In this document: positions 1 through 12,345 of the stretch, piece by piece
Layout: the number at the start of each line of letters is the position of its first letter
Position numbering within the stretch: the first letter of the stretch is position 1
Source: Lama glama
Taxonomy: Eukaryota
Direction: 5' to 3'
DNA: 64,000 nucleotides
Assembly: GCA_028534125.1 (NCBI GenBank)
Contig: CM052816.1
Span: 4,032,001 to 4,096,000, forward strand
Translations under genes and position numbers: made by a program
Notes under the pieces: model-generated
Told to the model about the DNA's origin: nothing
Seen by the model: only the letters and a program-made list of their open reading frames with translations
Database searches by the model: none

Positions 1-104
1 ATTTATAATCAAGTCTCACTGATATTACAGGAAATACTCTTCAGCTCTGTAAAAACCCTCCATGTGAGATGAATTATACCTTAGTAGAATATGCCCATTT
101 ACTC

Positions 105-520
105 TTCCATCAGGACTATTTTGGTTGCAAGCGACATAAACCTCAGGTACAGGTGTTGACCCAAGGGATCATATGATGATAACCCTATGTGGTTCCTCCA
201 TCTCTTGGATGTGTTCCTCTCCAAGTGTCATTATGCTCAGTTTCTATGTGAGAGCATTTGGCTTCCAGAAGCACCATAATAACATTTGCCCAGGTCTAAA
301 TCCAATAAATATCTATCAGTTCTTACAAGTTGTCTAGACTTTTACTACTGATTCTAGATCTGCGAGCCAATCACTGAAGCAAACGGAACTAAATCCTGTG
401 ATTGTGACTGACAGACATGAGCGCCAAGCTCAGGGACCAAGAGCAGAGACAAGAGGTTCTTGCCTAGCAAAATCAGGCATTGGTGCAAAGACTGAGAATG
501 ACCACACTTCAAAACTGAGA
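105..520 (-). mobile_element. Old MaLR solo LTR relic (MLT1J/K-like)
   Basis: Begins TCAGGACTATTTTGGTTGCAAGCGACATAAAC and contains GAGCCAATCACTG, resembling the reverse-complemented end of old MLT1 LTRs. Heavily diverged. Confidence 0.45.
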
Positions 521-942
521 ACAGTTTTCTCGTCTCTAAATCACCACACCTACTGCAGACTCACCTTCCTTGATAATGCCAAGTATCAGGAATTATTCCT
601 TGAAAAAGCCCCTGTTAATTGAGACACTGGTATCTTCTAGATTAAATGAAGATGTTTATTAAGTAGGGACATGTTAACTAATACTGCTTTCTTAAATCCA
701 TTTATTAGGTCACAGAGACCCTTCAAGAGAGGTTGAGGATGTGAGAAAAGAGCTACAACAGTCTTAGCTTTCCCTATACCACAAAGTCTTGCCTTCTCAT
801 TCACATAGCAACCCAGAATTATAGAATCTCTCATTCGGAAGACACTTGAAAGCACTCTTTTCACCTTGGAACTCCTCAACAAGATTTCTACCAAATGGAC
901 ACCCAACTTTGGACACTTCTAGGACAAAGAATTGTCTAGTAC

Positions 943-1125
943 TATGACTGCCAGACAAAACAGGCTGACTAGTTAAACTAGAATTTAAAATGATTAAAAA
1001 TGTTTTCATGTACGTATATTCCAAATATGGCATGGGACATACTTATCCAAATATTATTTGTTGTGTATTTCAAATTCCAATGTATGGTGGCCTGTTAAAT
1101 TTTATCTGTTAAATACAGCAACCCT
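943..1125. mobile_element. MER53-like palindromic hAT MITE
   Basis: Ends TGCCAGACAAAACAGG... and ...CAGCAACCCTA, with central CCAAATATGGCATGGGACATACTTAT, matching the recalled MER53 palindrome. Confidence 0.75.
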
Positions 1126-1464
1126 ATGTACTACCCATGAGCACCATTCTCTCTTCAAACTATTCTGACAATTGAAAAGTTCTTCCATACCTAAACCTTA
1201 AACTTCCAGAGGGCACATATGGCTACCAAACTGAGTCCCCTTCAAATATTACCTGATCAAGTGCTTACAGCAGGATTGGTTTTGTTTTTTTTTTCCCAAA
1301 TGGTGTCGTGCTGTCCAGTGTCCTAATGACCTCCCTATGGAGAAGTCGGGGAGGGGCACTAATGGATTGGGCTCATGCCTCCCATCCATGTTTCTGCTCT
1401 GCTCTGGGATATTAATCTAAGCTTCAGAGTTACAATCTACATTTTCAAATAATTACAAAAATAC

Positions 1465-2105
1465 TGGGTGAAGAGAACGAAAAGACAAGCCACAGTCTAG
1501 GAGAAATTATTTGCAAAACCCCTGTATTAAAAAAGACTGGAATCCAACATAAACAAAGAACTCTTAAAACTCAACAATAGGAAAATAGACAAACCAATTA
1601 TTATTATAATACTGTATGGCATATTCGAAAGCTGCTAAGGAAGTACATCTTTAGAGACTTCATCACAAGAAAAAAATTGTAACTATATATGACGTCAGAT
1701 GTTAACTAGATTTACTGTGGTGATCATTTTGCAATATATACAAATATCAAATCATTGCATTGCAGACCTGAAACTAATACAGTAGTATAGGTCAACTGTG
1801 AAAGAAAACAGACAAGCCAATTAAAAACTGACCAAAGGATGTGAATAGACATCTCAACAAAGAAGACCTGCAGATAGCAAATAATCATATGAAGAGATGT
1901 GCAACATCATACATCATTAAGGAACAGCAGACTGAAACAGCAATGAGACATCACTGCACATCTATCAGAAAGGTGAAAATCCAAAATACTGACACCACCA
2001 CATGCCAGCAAGGATGTGGAACAACAGGAACTCTCATTCATTGCTGGGGCGGGGTACAAAATGTCAGAGTCACTTTGGAAGACAGTTTCACAATTTCTTA
2101 CATTT
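1465..2105 (+). mobile_element. Old LINE-1 (L1M) ORF2 3' fragment, interrupted by a younger L1 tail
   Basis: ORF 1841-2302 begins NRHLNKEDLQIANNHMKRCATS...GTLIHCWG, the L1 ORF2 C-terminal motif. Upstream GGAGAAATTATTTGCAAA is also L1. Confidence 0.85.
1601..1803 (+). mobile_element. Nested 5'-truncated L1 3' UTR with about 20-bp TSD
   Basis: L1 3' UTR text (TGTGGTGATCATTTTGCAATATATACAAATATCAAATCATT) flanked by GAAAATAGACAAACCAATTA (1581-1600) and GAAAACAGACAAGCCAATTA (1804-1823). Confidence 0.85.
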
Positions 2106-3299
2106 TTGGAGGGAACAAAAAGAACTTGTCTTTTGAAAACTCGAGAATTTACTTCTCAACTCCTTTGAAACAGGGCAACTGTGTTCTCATTGGACTGGAT
2201 CAAATCATAGCCACGTGTCTCCTTTTATCTGCATGTCTAAATGTTGACATTCTAAGATTCCGACACCTATGCCCCTCAATTTCTTGCCGGTTAATGTACT
2301 AACTAGCTTTAAGTTAAATGAATGCCCAAAGGTACCCTTAAACACCCTCTCAGCCTTTTATTTCCCTTCACTAGTACTAAAAGGAGCCCTAGCTTTTCAG
2401 TACTTGCCTCTTAAACACAATCTTGTTCACAGCAGATTCAGCCGAAGTAAGCGGAAATCCATATGCCAAAAAACTGACAGGCAAGCTGCGGTTAAAACAT
2501 TCCTATTATGATGTTTAATTACTGGAAGTTATAGGAGCTTTCAGACGTAACATTTATTACCCCATTTTATTATACTTTATTGCAAACACATAGTACAAAT
2601 AATTGTCTTTCTCTGGGTAAAATCTGAAGCAAACCTGGGCATTTTACATAGGCAATGGATATAGCCTGTATCCATTTTTCTCATGTAGTCTTTTCCTATT
2701 TGGATACACATTTTATTATGGTTCTATTAAGACAGGCAAAATAAAATGTAACGTAGCAAGCTTTCTCTGGTGTCCTGTTGTCAAGAAAATATATACATTA
2801 TCCTCCAATGAGGGAGGACTATGCATCAAAAAATCCTTTCAGCCAATGCCACACCAATTCTTGGTTTTCAGCTACTATACATCAGAGATGAGTTAAAAGG
2901 CATTTGTTTTGTGTATATAAAATGAGAATCCTCTATCTTTGTCTCCATGCTTTTCTGATGGGATAAATGGTCCTTTTAATGGAAGGGAAAACACAGGGGA
3001 GATAGGGAAAAACACAGGAAGAACTCCAGACAATACTAGTCAATAAATACACATGGAGTGAATTGTGAATGAGGGCAATGCAAAGTTCCAGAACTGCCTA
3101 AAGTAAAATGTGATCTGTTCATTACAGGAGATACTAATAGGCATGCTAATATGATCAGAAGGGGCTGCAACTCCACTAAGATTTCACAGTCTGCCAAATC
3201 ATTCCAAGTTTGGAATAAATAGAGTGCTAATGATATTTATTGTATATGTCAGTCATAACACAGTTTATATAAGTTAAACACTGTTGCCATTAGTTTCTC

Positions 3300-3600
3300 A
3301 GGAACTCAGAATTAATAACATAAAATCATCAGATGGAACATGAAAGGCTCACCAACGTAAGCTGGGTCATTAGACTGTGACCCCAAGAGAGACGGAACAA
3401 GAATCCACGGATAAGGACATAAAGAGATGGAGTTTTGCCTCAGTATTAGGCAACTAGCTGTCCAATAGTTGGAGCTAAGGGTTAAACAGTTCTTAGAAGC
3501 ACATATTGGAAATGTCCAGGCAGAAATATTTAAGCAAGGATGCTAAAGGGTTTCATTCACTGGATAGGAAGTTTCATGTAAGAGTTCTAACCCATTCATT
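3300..3600 (+). mobile_element. CR1/L3 LINE 3' relic
   Basis: GGAGTTTTGCCTCAGTATTAGGCAAC...AGCTGTCCAATAGTTGGA...GAAATGTCCAGGCAGA resembles the L3 3' end. Very diverged. Confidence 0.4.
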
Positions 3601-4759
3601 ATTGATTTAAAAAAAAAAAGCATGAATACTTAAGCTAATTGTAGCAAAGCATGAGGGTGTTAAACAGAGGCTTATGAAAGTTTTAAAGGAAATTTCTGGG
3701 TACATTCAACTACTTTAGATGTAGACAGTGTTGAGTCTACTCTCGATTTTCATTTTCCTTGACAGAATATCTTGCTTTTTCTCAGCATGCTCTTATTAGC
3801 CAAGATTAGGGAACCTATATTTTCTGTCACCCAATCTGATGCTCTAATGCCTACTGACAGTGCCTCTGAGGATTATTACCAAAGCTATACCTCAAGCTGT
3901 CTTACTTAATCAATCTACACCAAGGAAAGATAGGGATACCCTAGAGACTCGTGGGCAGGAAGTCCCAGACACGTGTGATCCATGAGAACTAGGAAGAGGA
4001 AAAGCACCAAGCTCAAAAACAATCTCCCCATCCTCCTGAGTGGCAGGTCTATACGGAACACGAGTCCTGCTCCCACCAAACAGAAGTAATCCTATAGTTT
4101 AGGTTACTGTGGTGCCAACCTTCTGCCCAACTCCATATAAGCTGACAGCCCTAGTACACTGTATGGTGGCTCCAGTTTCCATTTCTTAGTCCACATTATC
4201 AAGACAATCTGAGCAGTTTATCCTGAGTCAGTAAATCCTCTGGCTCAGTGAACTTTTCCAGGATTACCTTATGTCCAACTTTATTAATAAATTCCCTGGA
4301 CCCACCTTTCAAAAAGGTATGTAAGGGCACTTCCATGAAAGGACCCAAGCTCCAACAATTACTGTTAATTCTAACCATCGCCAACCACCTACTAGATTTT
4401 CTCCTTGTGTACCATGGGAACACCTTATACTCATCACGTCCCACTCCAAAGCTCATCATCTTTCCTCTCCTTAATTTTCCCTATGCTTTCTTTCCCTTTT
4501 AAAACAACCCTTCTTCTAATCTGTTTCCTTGTCTAGCATCAATCATTTACACTCAATAGTTCAAATTCAGCTCTCTTGGCTTTTTTCAACCCCTGTTTCA
4601 GTGGGCAAAATGGGACAGAGCTGACTATTTTTATGTGATGGATGCTGAGGAGCGGATACTTATTCTTCAGGGAATGTTTGCATATCCAAATATCCTGCAG
4701 GATCATTAGGGATCCTGATGATACAGGTGATGGTAAAGAACTGTGTTGGGCTTACCGAA

Positions 4760-4875
4760 CTCATTTATTTAATCACTAAACATTGACTCGGTGCATACTA
4801 CATGCTCAACACTGGGCAAGGCACTGGAGATACAACAAGGGATGGTTGCTCCCTATTATCCTGATTCAACACTTG
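4760..4875 (-). mobile_element. L2 3' end
   Basis: CATTTATTTAATCACTAAACATTGACTCGGTGCATACTACATGCTCAACACTGGGCAAGGCACTGGAGATACA is the antisense L2 tail. Confidence 0.7.
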
Positions 4876-6424
4876 CATACAAAATGATTTCAGACAAATG
4901 TCCGGTAAGTCTGACATCTTTTCACTTCTCTCACTTTTAAAAGTAGAAATCATGCCACTGTGCAAGTCATCATGTGGTGTAAATATTGCAAAAGTTCTTT
5001 TGCAAAACTGATGTAAACTCTTGAGACAAAAGATAAGGGAGTCTCTCCCCGATTTCCAGTTTTCATTTATCACCTGTGCTTTTCTCCCTATTTTTGAATC
5101 TTAATCAAAAAATCTCTTCTGTCAGTTCCAATAGCTATTTCAGTAAATACTGATTCTCAATTCCTTTATTCAACAGAGATTTTTAAAGATACTGTTGAGA
5201 CAGTAAAGAATCAAATTGGGGTTTCGCAACTACAGGCAAACCTGGCATTCATTCTCTTAACCAATTGTTTACTTCTGAGCTCGCACCAGCAGCAAGCACT
5301 TAGGACGCTGAGTAACTGGTCCTGAAGACAAAACTGAGGTTGGCAGAAAATGGCATGATTTCTGGTAATGTATATTCTTCCACTTCAGTTTCTCAAATGG
5401 CAGTGTGCATTTGTTAATATTTTATTGGGGTAAATGATTGTAATTCTAGTAATAATAAAAATAATGATCAGTCTTTTAAACAGATGGTGCTCATAAAGAG
5501 ATTTTTCTGTAAATCTTCATGTGCTTGGCAAACACCCTATTCATTACAGTGTGCCAATTATTTTCATGTGTATTAAGAAATTAATATTTCAAGGTAGCCT
5601 TAGAGCTTCATTTCTTATCACGAAGGGAAATTTTGAGTCAAGCAGCAGGTCTTGTATTGGATACTAAGGTTTAACTAACACTGAACTTTGAAACACCAAG
5701 GGAAAAAGGGAAAACTTCAAACTGAAGACCCCTTTGACACCTGGAGTGTGCTGTGTTGGTTTCCAGTGGCTTTCAGAGACTTGCATCAGCGGTTCACAAC
5801 AAGGCAGGCTGTCAGGGACGTTATTTTCCTTCCTATTTCAGAGATGATACATGGGTACAAAGAAGTTAAAGGACATGTCCACAGTAAAATTAACATAAAA
5901 CATGCCTTTATCCTTATTATCTGGTTTGAATTATAACTCAGTAAGAGATATCAAAGCCACACTTAATTTCTACGAAGAGCTGAAGTCAGGGAGGGAGGGT
6001 GGGGCTTGTTTTGTTTTATCTTACAACAGACTTTCTACAATAGCTCTTTCTTTAGTTCATTTGAGATGGACTACTTACTAGTTCTTATAAAATGGTCAGT
6101 TTACAAGATGAAAATGTGGCCATTTGGGGCTAAAACACAACCTGGAAATCAGTCTCACTGCAGTGTGGTTGTTAATGATAATGATCAATAATCTGTTGGA
6201 TCACTAAAAACATATCTGTGTTTTTGCTTGTTTGTATGCTGCTTTTTTGGCTCAAATATCTTCCCCTTTTGTCTTGACCACGCCCCTTGATGCCCTGTCC
6301 ACTGTAAAGGCTAACTGAGGAATGATGGTTTTGCCCCCAGGGTAGGTTCCTATCTACCTACCTACTTTCCCTTCATGATCTGAAAGTTAATTCTGAGGTA
6401 GGCTGCCAAATTCTTAAGAGGTCT

Positions 6425-6640
6425 GGGTCTGAGAGATGAAGACTGAATCTTGGCTCTACCATTTACTGGCTATATAACCATGGGCAAACATCTCTACCTT
6501 CCTAAACCTCAATGCTGCCATCTGTAAACCTGGGGGTGAAATTGTACATATATGGACTAAATAAAATGATGCATATAAAACACTTAGCACAATGCATGTT
6601 ACACAGTAAGAGGGCAGTGGATAAATGAGAATTGTTAACA
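6425..6640 (+). mobile_element. MIR SINE
   Basis: MIR core GGCTCTACCATTTACTGGCTATATAACCATGGGCAA...CCTCAATGCTGCCATCTGTAAA and tail CACTTAGCACAATG...ACACAGTAAG. Confidence 0.8.
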
Positions 6641-7288
6641 TAAATCCATAACTTCTCTGTGGTGTCATTTGTTATAGAAAGCTAAGCAGAACTCGAAGAA
6701 GATATAGATCATAATTGGATTCATTAACTTATGGGTCATTTTTAATTTACCTTCACTGGATGCATACCTTGTCCCATATGTTGATTTATTTGGAAAGACA
6801 TACCATGTTGTGATTACTGTTCCATTTGTGGTTGTTCTTGGACAAAAAGCAAGTGTCACACAATCTAGATCTTGCTGTTTTGTTCACATTAGCCACAAGC
6901 CAGTAATGTCATTTAGGTCCCCCCTCTGCATTCAATCTGTCACCATATCCTGCTGTTCACTCTTCCATGGCATCATTAATGCCAGCCCTATGCTCTCCAT
7001 TCTTGTAAACACAGCATTCCAGCCCCTGTCGCCACAAATTCAAGCTAAGCCCAACCTATTTCCCATGAAATTTGTACCATATCCTCAAGAAATCAACATG
7101 ACAAAAATCTTGCCCAATTTTTGAAATCCTGCCCTAAGAACTTCCAGCCTAAACCACGAGCGATAGAAAACATGTGCTCACCTTCCCCTGACAGTCTCAT
7201 TTTGGGACTGTGTGTCCCTCTCCCTTGTTAGACCATGCCAATGTAACTCAGTTTGCTTTCATCACAGCAGGCTTCTTTATTTGAAGAG

Positions 7289-7298
7289 GGGACTTTCC
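7289..7298 (+). promoter_or_regulatory. Perfect canonical NF-kB motif GGGACTTTCC
   Basis: Exact match to the canonical kB decamer. Function cannot be shown from sequence alone. Confidence 0.25.
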
Positions 7299-7962
7299 AC
7301 ACTATATGACCAATTTCTCGTAGCATCTAGTTTCTAGACATTTCTCTCATGCTGACCACCCATCCAGCTGTTTCCACTAACCACATAATCTACCTATCTA
7401 TCTATAATCAATCTATGCAACAGGCCCTGAGTTTTCATAATCCTGTATCATGAATGCTATTACTTTCAATTCATTCAAAGAGTCAAAATTCCTTAATTCT
7501 CATTAATTTTATCAACTCTTTCTTCCTTATCTGATGAACTAATACACTCAAGCTAGGAAGATACTGCCCATTGCCAACCAATTACTTACATTAGTCTAAG
7601 TATGAAGCCTACTTTCATATTTATCATAATTATTGTGTTATTTATATCAAAAGCAGTGGATCTCAAAAGTAGTAGATGGGGGTGGTGGGGAAATGCAGGA
7701 GGTGACCAGGGAGGTTTACTAGAATTGTCCAGGTGGAGGAAATCCATTTAAAAATAAATAAATAAAACATGATCAACAAGAAAGGTAACCTGCATGGTGC
7801 TTTATCTTTCACATTATGTAGGAAAAAATATTTCCAGCAAGCAGATGGGCCCAACAATTTCCAACGAAATAAAATTATTTTAAATTATGCATCTTTAAAA
7901 GTCAAAGAACTATATCTCTATCCTGCTTTCAATATGCATTTTTTATGTGTATACACTACTGC

Positions 7963-8008
7963 TTTTTTTTTTTAATTGAAACATAGTCAATTACAATTTC
8001 TGGCGCTA
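7963..8008 (-). mobile_element. Very short young L1 3' tail
   Basis: Poly-T followed by AATTGAAACATAGTCAATTACAATTTCTGG, the reverse complement of the L1 terminus seen at 62400-62430. Confidence 0.6.
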
Positions 8009-8779
8009 GTATGTATTTTAAAATGTATTATTTACTCTGAAATTCCAAGTAACATTAAAGGAGACTATTCCATTTTATGCCCCACCCCGGGAAGACATGG
8101 AATTTGTGAAAATTTCAGAAACACAAGTCCAGAGTGAATCTCATCTCAAAAGCTAACCACTTGACTCCACTCGTGGCTCTTTAAAGCACCAATTCTACCT
8201 GAAAATTTTTTGCCAAAAATGGCAAATTTACCTCCCTAGCCACATTATCTCCAATAAGAACTAATCGAGACTGCTGAGTGTAAGAATTTGTCCAAACTTG
8301 CCCCTTTCTCTGCCTCCAAAAGAAAATATTAACAAATTTAATAGAATAACGAGCATAAAGTGAAATCTCTCTATATAGGAATCTTGGAAGGTAGGAATTC
8401 TTGACATTTTCTGCTTTGCCTCCACCAACAGCACCTGCCAACAGTTAAAGCCTAAAGTGTGGAATCTTAGTAGACAGAATGTTAAAAATCATCATTCTGT
8501 CCCCCATGAGAATCTCTGCTGCTTGACTTCTGCCTGAAGTCTGAGATCAATCATTTCCAGTGATAGAGAGCTCATTCCTTCCAGAAGACTCTTTAAAAAA
8601 ATAAATAAAAAGAGCAGATTTCACATTTCTGTGCTTGCAACATCTACTCATTGGTCCCAGTTACAGAGCCATACAAAATAACCTTAACCATTGCAGCATG
8701 ATGGATCCTCACACTCCCATTTCACACAAAATTCAAAATTTCCCATTCTCTAGACCACCAGTTGCTCCAACCACTCTTT

Positions 8780-8980
8780 TTAGACAATGGAGAGGAGTTC
8801 AGACCATGAGCTTGAGAGACAGACTGATCTAGCTCTCAGCACTAGTTTTGTCCTGCATTAATTGCAAGTCCTTGGGCAAGTGATTTCCCCTCTATGAGAC
8901 TTAGCTTTTCATTTGTGAATAATACCATTTAAGTCACCATTTTGTTATGATAATCGGTAGATATGTACTTAAGTTCCTCA
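8780..8980 (+). mobile_element. MIR SINE
   Basis: Core CCTTGGGCAAGTGATTTCCCCTCTATGAGACTTAGCTTTTCATTTGTGAA. Confidence 0.7.
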
Positions 8981-10429
8981 AAATACACATACGAACTTCC
9001 AAAAAAGCTTAGCTATTATCATCATATGGTTTTGTCTTACCTTTATCTTTAGGGATGCCATTCCCAACAGTCTGCCAGATCTCCAAAAATAAGAATGAGG
9101 ATAATAAACATAAGGAAATGACTATTATTAATGTGATGATTACAGTTACTATGTCAATACATGTATATAACTGGCATATCCAGTCCACCATCACATCATT
9201 GCTTACTAATGCTTTCTTGTAAGACACAATTTTGTTTTCTGATTATTTGCAATGGATACTTCATGTTTGTATATGAAGTTTTTGATCGACAGTGATAAAG
9301 TCAGAAAAAGCTAGCCTACCTAATAGACCGTTGGATACCTGAGTGAATTCTTCATAGCATCAGGACATGTTAAGATTTAAGTGGGTGCACACACATACAA
9401 TATCAAAATGTAACAAACTCCAATATCTTGCTAGCACTCTGAAGTGCGAATCGAAAACCCTAGGAGCAGCAGTTCCACAGAGATAAAGCTCCAGACATAC
9501 GTATTCATAAAAGCCGAACTTTGCAAAGCAAGTAACAAATAAAACTGGAAACATTCCTTCTCTAAACATTGAAATCACTATGACAGCTTCAGTATGTGTG
9601 AATTCACAGTTACAAAAATGATAACCAGGTTTTTAACTGAAAGCAGCAATGTGTGGATATTTATTTTGTCCTATATTCTGCCTACAGCATTCATCAAAAT
9701 CTATAGAGGGATTGAACCTAAGACCTCAGCCATGGTAACCCTATTCCTGGGAAATTTCAATGCAAAGATTGCATGCTAAATTGGCACTGTTTCTATCATT
9801 GCAAAGTGCTCCTTAGTTGCCTTGGTATTTCTGGGAATTGTACCTCTGTATGAATTGATCTGAAATAATTCCCTTATACAGGGCTAAAACCTTTGAAAGC
9901 TACAGAAACAGACAAAGATTACCAACTGTTTCCACCATTACTGAATCTTAAACAGCTGGCCTCAACTGTCACTGAATCAACTAAGGTCTAGATGGCAGAA
10001 AAGGTATGTGGAGCTATAGCACCTAAGAGAGAGCAATATACATAAGGTTTCGACTTCTATTTATAGTCTGATCTCAATAAAGTATTACAGAATTACAGCC
10101 ACTTCTGAATGAAGCTTGAGCTATTCAAATCACAAGGTCTCATTTCAGCAGACTTGGTGATCCTGAAGCATGTGAAAATATTCTTTATCAATGCAGGAAC
10201 TGTATTTAAAAAAATCAGATTCAGAATGCTTTCATGACACAGTAAGTCAGTATAACTTATGGTCTGACTACCAGAATGGGAAATCTGTCTCAATTAAAGA
10301 AGCACTGCATATATGCAAACACACACATGCACATGTATGCATATATATATGTGTATTTGTGTATATATGTATACTATCAATATGTTTATTTTTCTAATTT
10401 TACCTAATTAAACAAACATTTCTAAAAAA

Positions 10430-10610
10430 ATCTATTTTCACACAGTATTTTCACAACTCATTTCTAACTTTATCCTCACACTGTTCTTTTCACAGGGAAA
10501 GTTGAACAGATGTGTTCTTTAAAGATGAAGAAACTGAAGTAGATAAGGATCTAGTGAATTTTACAAGGTCACAAAGGGAGAATCGAGGTCTCTTGACCTA
10601 TAGCTTTGGA
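10430..10610 (-). mobile_element. MIR SINE
   Basis: Antisense core TTTAAAGATGAAGAAACTGAAG...AAGGTCACA. Confidence 0.6.
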
Positions 10611-10861
10611 AATCTCAACTAAATAATGTTACGAAAATAGAGTAAGAAACTCCGTAGAAACGCTAATATGCATAAAGCATAGTCATTCCTTATGAATGTT
10701 TCATCTCTTTTGACAAAGCACCTATTTTTAGGCTAATTATAGGACAGGACAGAGAGTAAATTAATGAGTGAGTGGATGGGTGAGTTTGCTACATGGAAAC
10801 ACTATGCCAGGTCTTGTAGAATGGGGATGGAAATGAGAGACAGTTGACTATAAGGAGAGCA

Positions 10862-11345
10862 TAGCCTTTGTAACACCATGGATGGACCTTGAGAGCACTA
10901 TGCTAAGTGAAGTAAGTCAGAGAAAAATAAATACTATATCATAACACTTACACTATAGAATCTAAAAAGGATGAACTCATAGAAGCAGAGAACAGAATGG
11001 TGGTTGCCAGGGGCCAGGGACAGGGGAGATGGAGAGAGGTTGGTCGAAGAATACAAACTTCTAGTTATAAGATGAATAAAATCTGGGGATCTAATATACA
11101 GTGTGGTGATTACAGTTAACCATACAGCATTATATATGTAAAAGTTGCTAAGAGAACAGATCTTAAATTTTCTTACCATAAATAAGAAATAGTAAATAGG
11201 TGATGGGACTGATGGGTTAGCTAATGCTGTGGCGGTAATAATCTTTTCACAATGTATGTGCACAAAATCAACATGTTGTATGTCCTCCTTCATCTTCCAT
11301 AAAGTTATGTGTCAATCACATGCTGATAATATTAGCTGGAAAATA
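10862..11345 (+). mobile_element. LINE-1 3' end (L1MA-like)
   Basis: CATGGATGGACCTTGAGAGCACTATGCTAAGTGAAGTAAGTCAG...AGAATGGTGGTTGCCAGGGG...GGGGATCTAATATACAG. Confidence 0.9.
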
Positions 11346-12310
11346 ACAGTAAATTTCCAGGAAAAAATGTCCTAACAGGGACAAGTATGCAAACTATAAA
11401 ATATGCTAGTATACTTACTCTTTATATTGGCAGGAAGAATGCACACACAGTTTACACACAGAGATTAGGGACTAAGCATTCTTTCACCTACTGGTAGATA
11501 GAGTTTTAAAGACAGCAAAGAAATAGTTGTGGGGAGTTGTAAACTAAGTGACCAAGAAATAGGGTAAGAATTGAATCCAACTCATGAGTCTGGTCCTTCT
11601 CACACAAGACTCACGTCAGCCTCACCAAGACCTAAGAAAAGGGTTTAGGATACAATTGTCACCTCAGCAAAATCCCACTTTAGGAAATTGAAGTTGGCCA
11701 AATTAAGTTTAGCCAAATATAAATTGTTGGCTGTAACACTGTTCTATCTCAGGCTCAAAATCTGATGAGGTTAAGTTCTATTAAACTGTCGCCGTCTTAT
11801 AAAACAGATGCTAGCAAATCTATAGCATTTTTTTTTTCTGGCCAGCGTTAAAGTAAATGTGAATCATTCTGTCTCTTTTTTATTTACATGGAGTGACTGA
11901 TGTAATGTCTTTCATACTATTTAAATGACAGTATCAAAACATCATTTTAATAATAACTATAACACTGTTACTAATGTTAAAATTCTAAAAACAGGTAATT
12001 TTCTTTATTAAGCTAATCATGACAAGATGTTAGCCATTAGTTTATGATGAAAAGACAAAATAAATTTTAAAAGATAAAGAAATTTTAAAAATCTCTCACA
12101 TATATACATACCCAGATTCACTTATTCCTACATTCTCAGGGTAGCTACTACTCTATTCCTCTTTCTGTAGTTCAGTATGAATGGGTCAAAAGACTAACAT
12201 CTTTTACGTTTGTCTATAATTTTAAATTCGTCTATAATTTTGCCTCATTAAAAAGAATTAGGGCACTTAAAAGTTTGGCAGAGTTCAAAGGGTTAAGAAG
12301 CTCTAGGTTA

Positions 12311-12345
12311 GCTCTTACCTAAGAAAAAGAGATGAAGAACTACTG
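12311..12345 (-). other. Candidate recursive splice site (pyrimidine tract-AG|GTAAGA)
   Basis: The minus strand reads GTTCTTCATCTCTTTTTCTTAG|GTAAGAGC, with the junction between 12319 and 12318. Confidence 0.35.

Noticed and set aside
1841..2302. 153-aa ORF, the longest ORF without Ns
   Set aside because: Its N-terminal half is decayed L1 ORF2 and the rest is read-through into flank. It is not a host gene.
5176..5325. Open frame IFKDTVETVKNQIGVSQLQ... and an imperfect hairpin at 5152-5212
   Set aside because: No recognisable protein, and the stem is too interrupted for a pre-miRNA.
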